DNA of 64,000 nucleotides from Spironucleus salmonicida (Eukaryota): NCBI RefSeq assembly GCF_000497125.1, contig NC_090599.1, positions 1,178,001 to 1,242,000 of the forward strand, read 5' to 3'. Shown piece by piece: positions 61,570 to 64,000 of this stretch (position 1 is its first letter; each line of letters starts with the position of its first letter). The notes under the pieces were generated by a model. It saw only the letters and a program-made list of their open reading frames with translations, ran no database searches and was not told where the DNA came from. The position numbers and the translations under genes were made by a program.

Positions 61570-63090
61570 ATGGATTTTGACGTAGCTATTAAAAAAGAGT
61601 TTTTAGTTCAGACATAAGAGCAGTAACCTTAATCTGTTAAATAATCAGGATCTAATGATTGGCATGGAACTAAACGTATTGATTATTATAAAATATGTTA
61701 AAAAACTCTTAGATAGGAAGATTGCACTAATCCCAAATGTTCAGCTGTTCATGATATAAAAGAGTATCTTAGCACCCGCCCTCCCCTTCTAGAGATACCG
61801 TGCGTCTTTTATACGTAATATGGGCATTGTCCTTATACTTATAACTGCATGTACACGCATCCAAACCAAACGTCTCCAGATAATTTTATAAATCCAGCAT
61901 TTGAATAAAAAATTGAAATTAATTCATAGTATCATCGTGATTTATAGTCAACAATCTTCAAATAAATACGTTAAAAAGAGTTTAATGACCCCACTCCCTA
62001 AGAGTTGTTTGTAATGCCTAAAAAATCTCTTATACTGGCACCAATGTGTACAGTTGGAACAATTCCATTCAGAAGATTATGTATCCATTATGGAGCTGAT
62101 ATTACACTATCTGAAATGGTAATTGCGCGTTCAGTAGTAAAAGGCGATTTAACAGAACTCAAAAAACTCAGAAAACATAAGGAAGAAAAGATATTTGGAA
62201 TTTAACTCACCGGTGACGCATAAGAGACAGCATAGGTCGCGCTTATGATTAAAAACTTGAAGCTGGCCGATTATGTTGATTTAAATGCCGCCTGCCCCCA
62301 AGATGTTGCTACAAATATAAATTGCGGGTTTGCAATTGCCAATAGACCTGGGAAAATGGGAGGAGTATTGCGCGCTTTGGATGAAACCGGAGTTAATTAT
62401 AGCGTCAAGACGCGCATTGGTGATTTTAAAGGTGATAGCATCGTTGATCGCATATTTGAGAAAGAGCTTATTGGACTGAAGAATTTAAGAGCGATCGCGC
62501 TACATGGCAGAACTGCAAAGTAACGCTATACTAAACTTGCAGATTGGGATGTTCTTAGCGAGGTTAATGAGAGAATTAAGACTTTAAGAGCAGAAAATGA
62601 AATCAATTATGAATTCATAGGAAATGGTGATATTTACAACGTGAAAGAGGCGTTATAAGCTTTAGAATGCTGTGATAGTGTCATAATTGGTAGAGGAGCT
62701 TTACAAAAGCCTTGGATTTTTAAGGAGATCAAGGAAGGTAGAGAACTAGATTTGAGTTCATAAGAGAGATTTGAGATGCTTCAGATGTTTTGTGAGTTTT
62801 GCGTTGAATACTATGGTAGCGATCGCATGGGAATCGAAAAAAGTAGAGAATAATTTCTAGAGAACTGGAACTTCATGAGCAGATACGTACCATTAGGAAT
62901 TTGTGACGAAATTTAGAAGCTTAACGAAAGAATTCCCGAGCATATTGGTAGAGATGATTTGGAAACGTTAATGGGGAGTTAGAAAGCATCAGATTGGGTA
63001 AAGTTAAGTGAGATGCTCTTTGGGCCAGTTCCTGAAGGATTTATGTTTTAGCCCAAACATAAAAGCAAAGGTTTTGTTGAAAATAAGTGA
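61570..63090 (+). CDS. DUS3: tRNA-dihydrouridine synthase 3
   Basis: Two CCCH fingers, [61 protein letters not shown]; 506 aa. Confidence 0.95.
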
Positions 63091-63371
63091 CCAAAGTTAA
63101 TTTCATTTTTATCCTAATTATCGTTATAATTAATCTATTTATTATGTTAGTTAAAGAATTTCTTCGTTTTTTCTATCCAGCATGTCATTAAACTTATCTT
63201 ATAGTTCCAAAATTTAATTTTGTCCTGAATTGATACAAGATTTCATTTTCAAATTCGATTCTTACCTAGTATACTTAAATATGATTTAATATTAGTAATA
63301 AACTATATTATAATTTTATTATTTTTAATAGCTTTATATAATTTTTATACCATTTTCCCCACTCCAAAAAA

Positions 63372-64000
63372 ATGATAGCTCCATCTATATTATCAGCAGA
63401 TTTTGCAAACCTTTAAACTGATACACTATCAGTCCTCCCAGAAGCAGACTGGATTCATTTTGACGTCATGGATGGTCATTTTGTCCCGAATTTGACAGTT
63501 GGTCCCTGTGTCCTTAGTTCTTTGAAGAAACAAATCCCAAACGCTTTCTATGACGTCCACCTGATGGTAACTGATCCATAAACATGGGCGTTGGAGTTCA
63601 TAAAAGCAGGAGCCGATATGATTACTTTCCACGTAGAATCACAATCACTGCGTCCTGATCCCACTTCTACAAAGCCCTATCCATTGAAATCTGATATCCC
63701 AACTATTACTGAAAATTCTATTATCCTTCTCAAAAAGCTCCAAAAATCATGCAAGGCAGGTGTTGTTATCAAGCCAGAAAGTGATATAAACGATTACAAA
63801 GCCCTCTTATCTCATATAGATCTCCTCCTCATTATGTCTGTCGAGCCAGGCTTTGGGGGCCAGAAATACCAGCCCAAGTGCGCAGAGAAGGCCAAATTAG
63901 CACGCGAATTGGGCTATAAAGGCCTCATAGAAATTGATGGCGGAATCTCGAACGAAACGATTTAGCACGCGAAGGGGTGCGGAATTGACGTTTTTGTAGC
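63372..64000 (+). CDS. RPE: Ribulose-phosphate 3-epimerase (runs off the window)
   Basis: [46 protein letters not shown]. Confidence 0.95.

Overview
Eukaryotic, gene-dense, apparently intron-free DNA from a hexamitid diplomonad, most likely Spironucleus (the species is an inference). TAA and TAG encode Gln and TGA is the only stop, so the supplied ORF track is fragmented. All CDS coordinates below were re-derived by hand with that code; a few long genes were checked by frame consistency rather than codon by codon. About 40 genes are present. They include RPC25, a His-rich CDF zinc transporter, a TPR-thioredoxin fusion, Pif1, a transglutaminase-like protein, GEX1/KAR5, a HAUS1-like protein, an annexin, a Pirh2-like ligase, RecQ helicases, an eIF4G-like MIF4G protein, V-ATPase A, an MFS transporter, thymidine kinase, an SmF-like protein, a Cid1-type nucleotidyltransferase, an EF-hand kinase, PfkB, Nbp35, a PPP phosphatase, Nup155, Dus3 and RPE. 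The most striking structure is two pairs of near-identical, extremely GC-rich inverted repeats (arms about 1.2 kb and 3.0 kb), each enclosing an AT-richer 3-5 kb gene cassette. The extreme GC content is confined to the arms and switches even within a single gene, which suggests ongoing arm-to-arm gene conversion and possibly invertible cassettes; an assembly or haplotype artefact is not excluded. The first ~3 kb is indel-ridden and partly duplicates 12954-14162.
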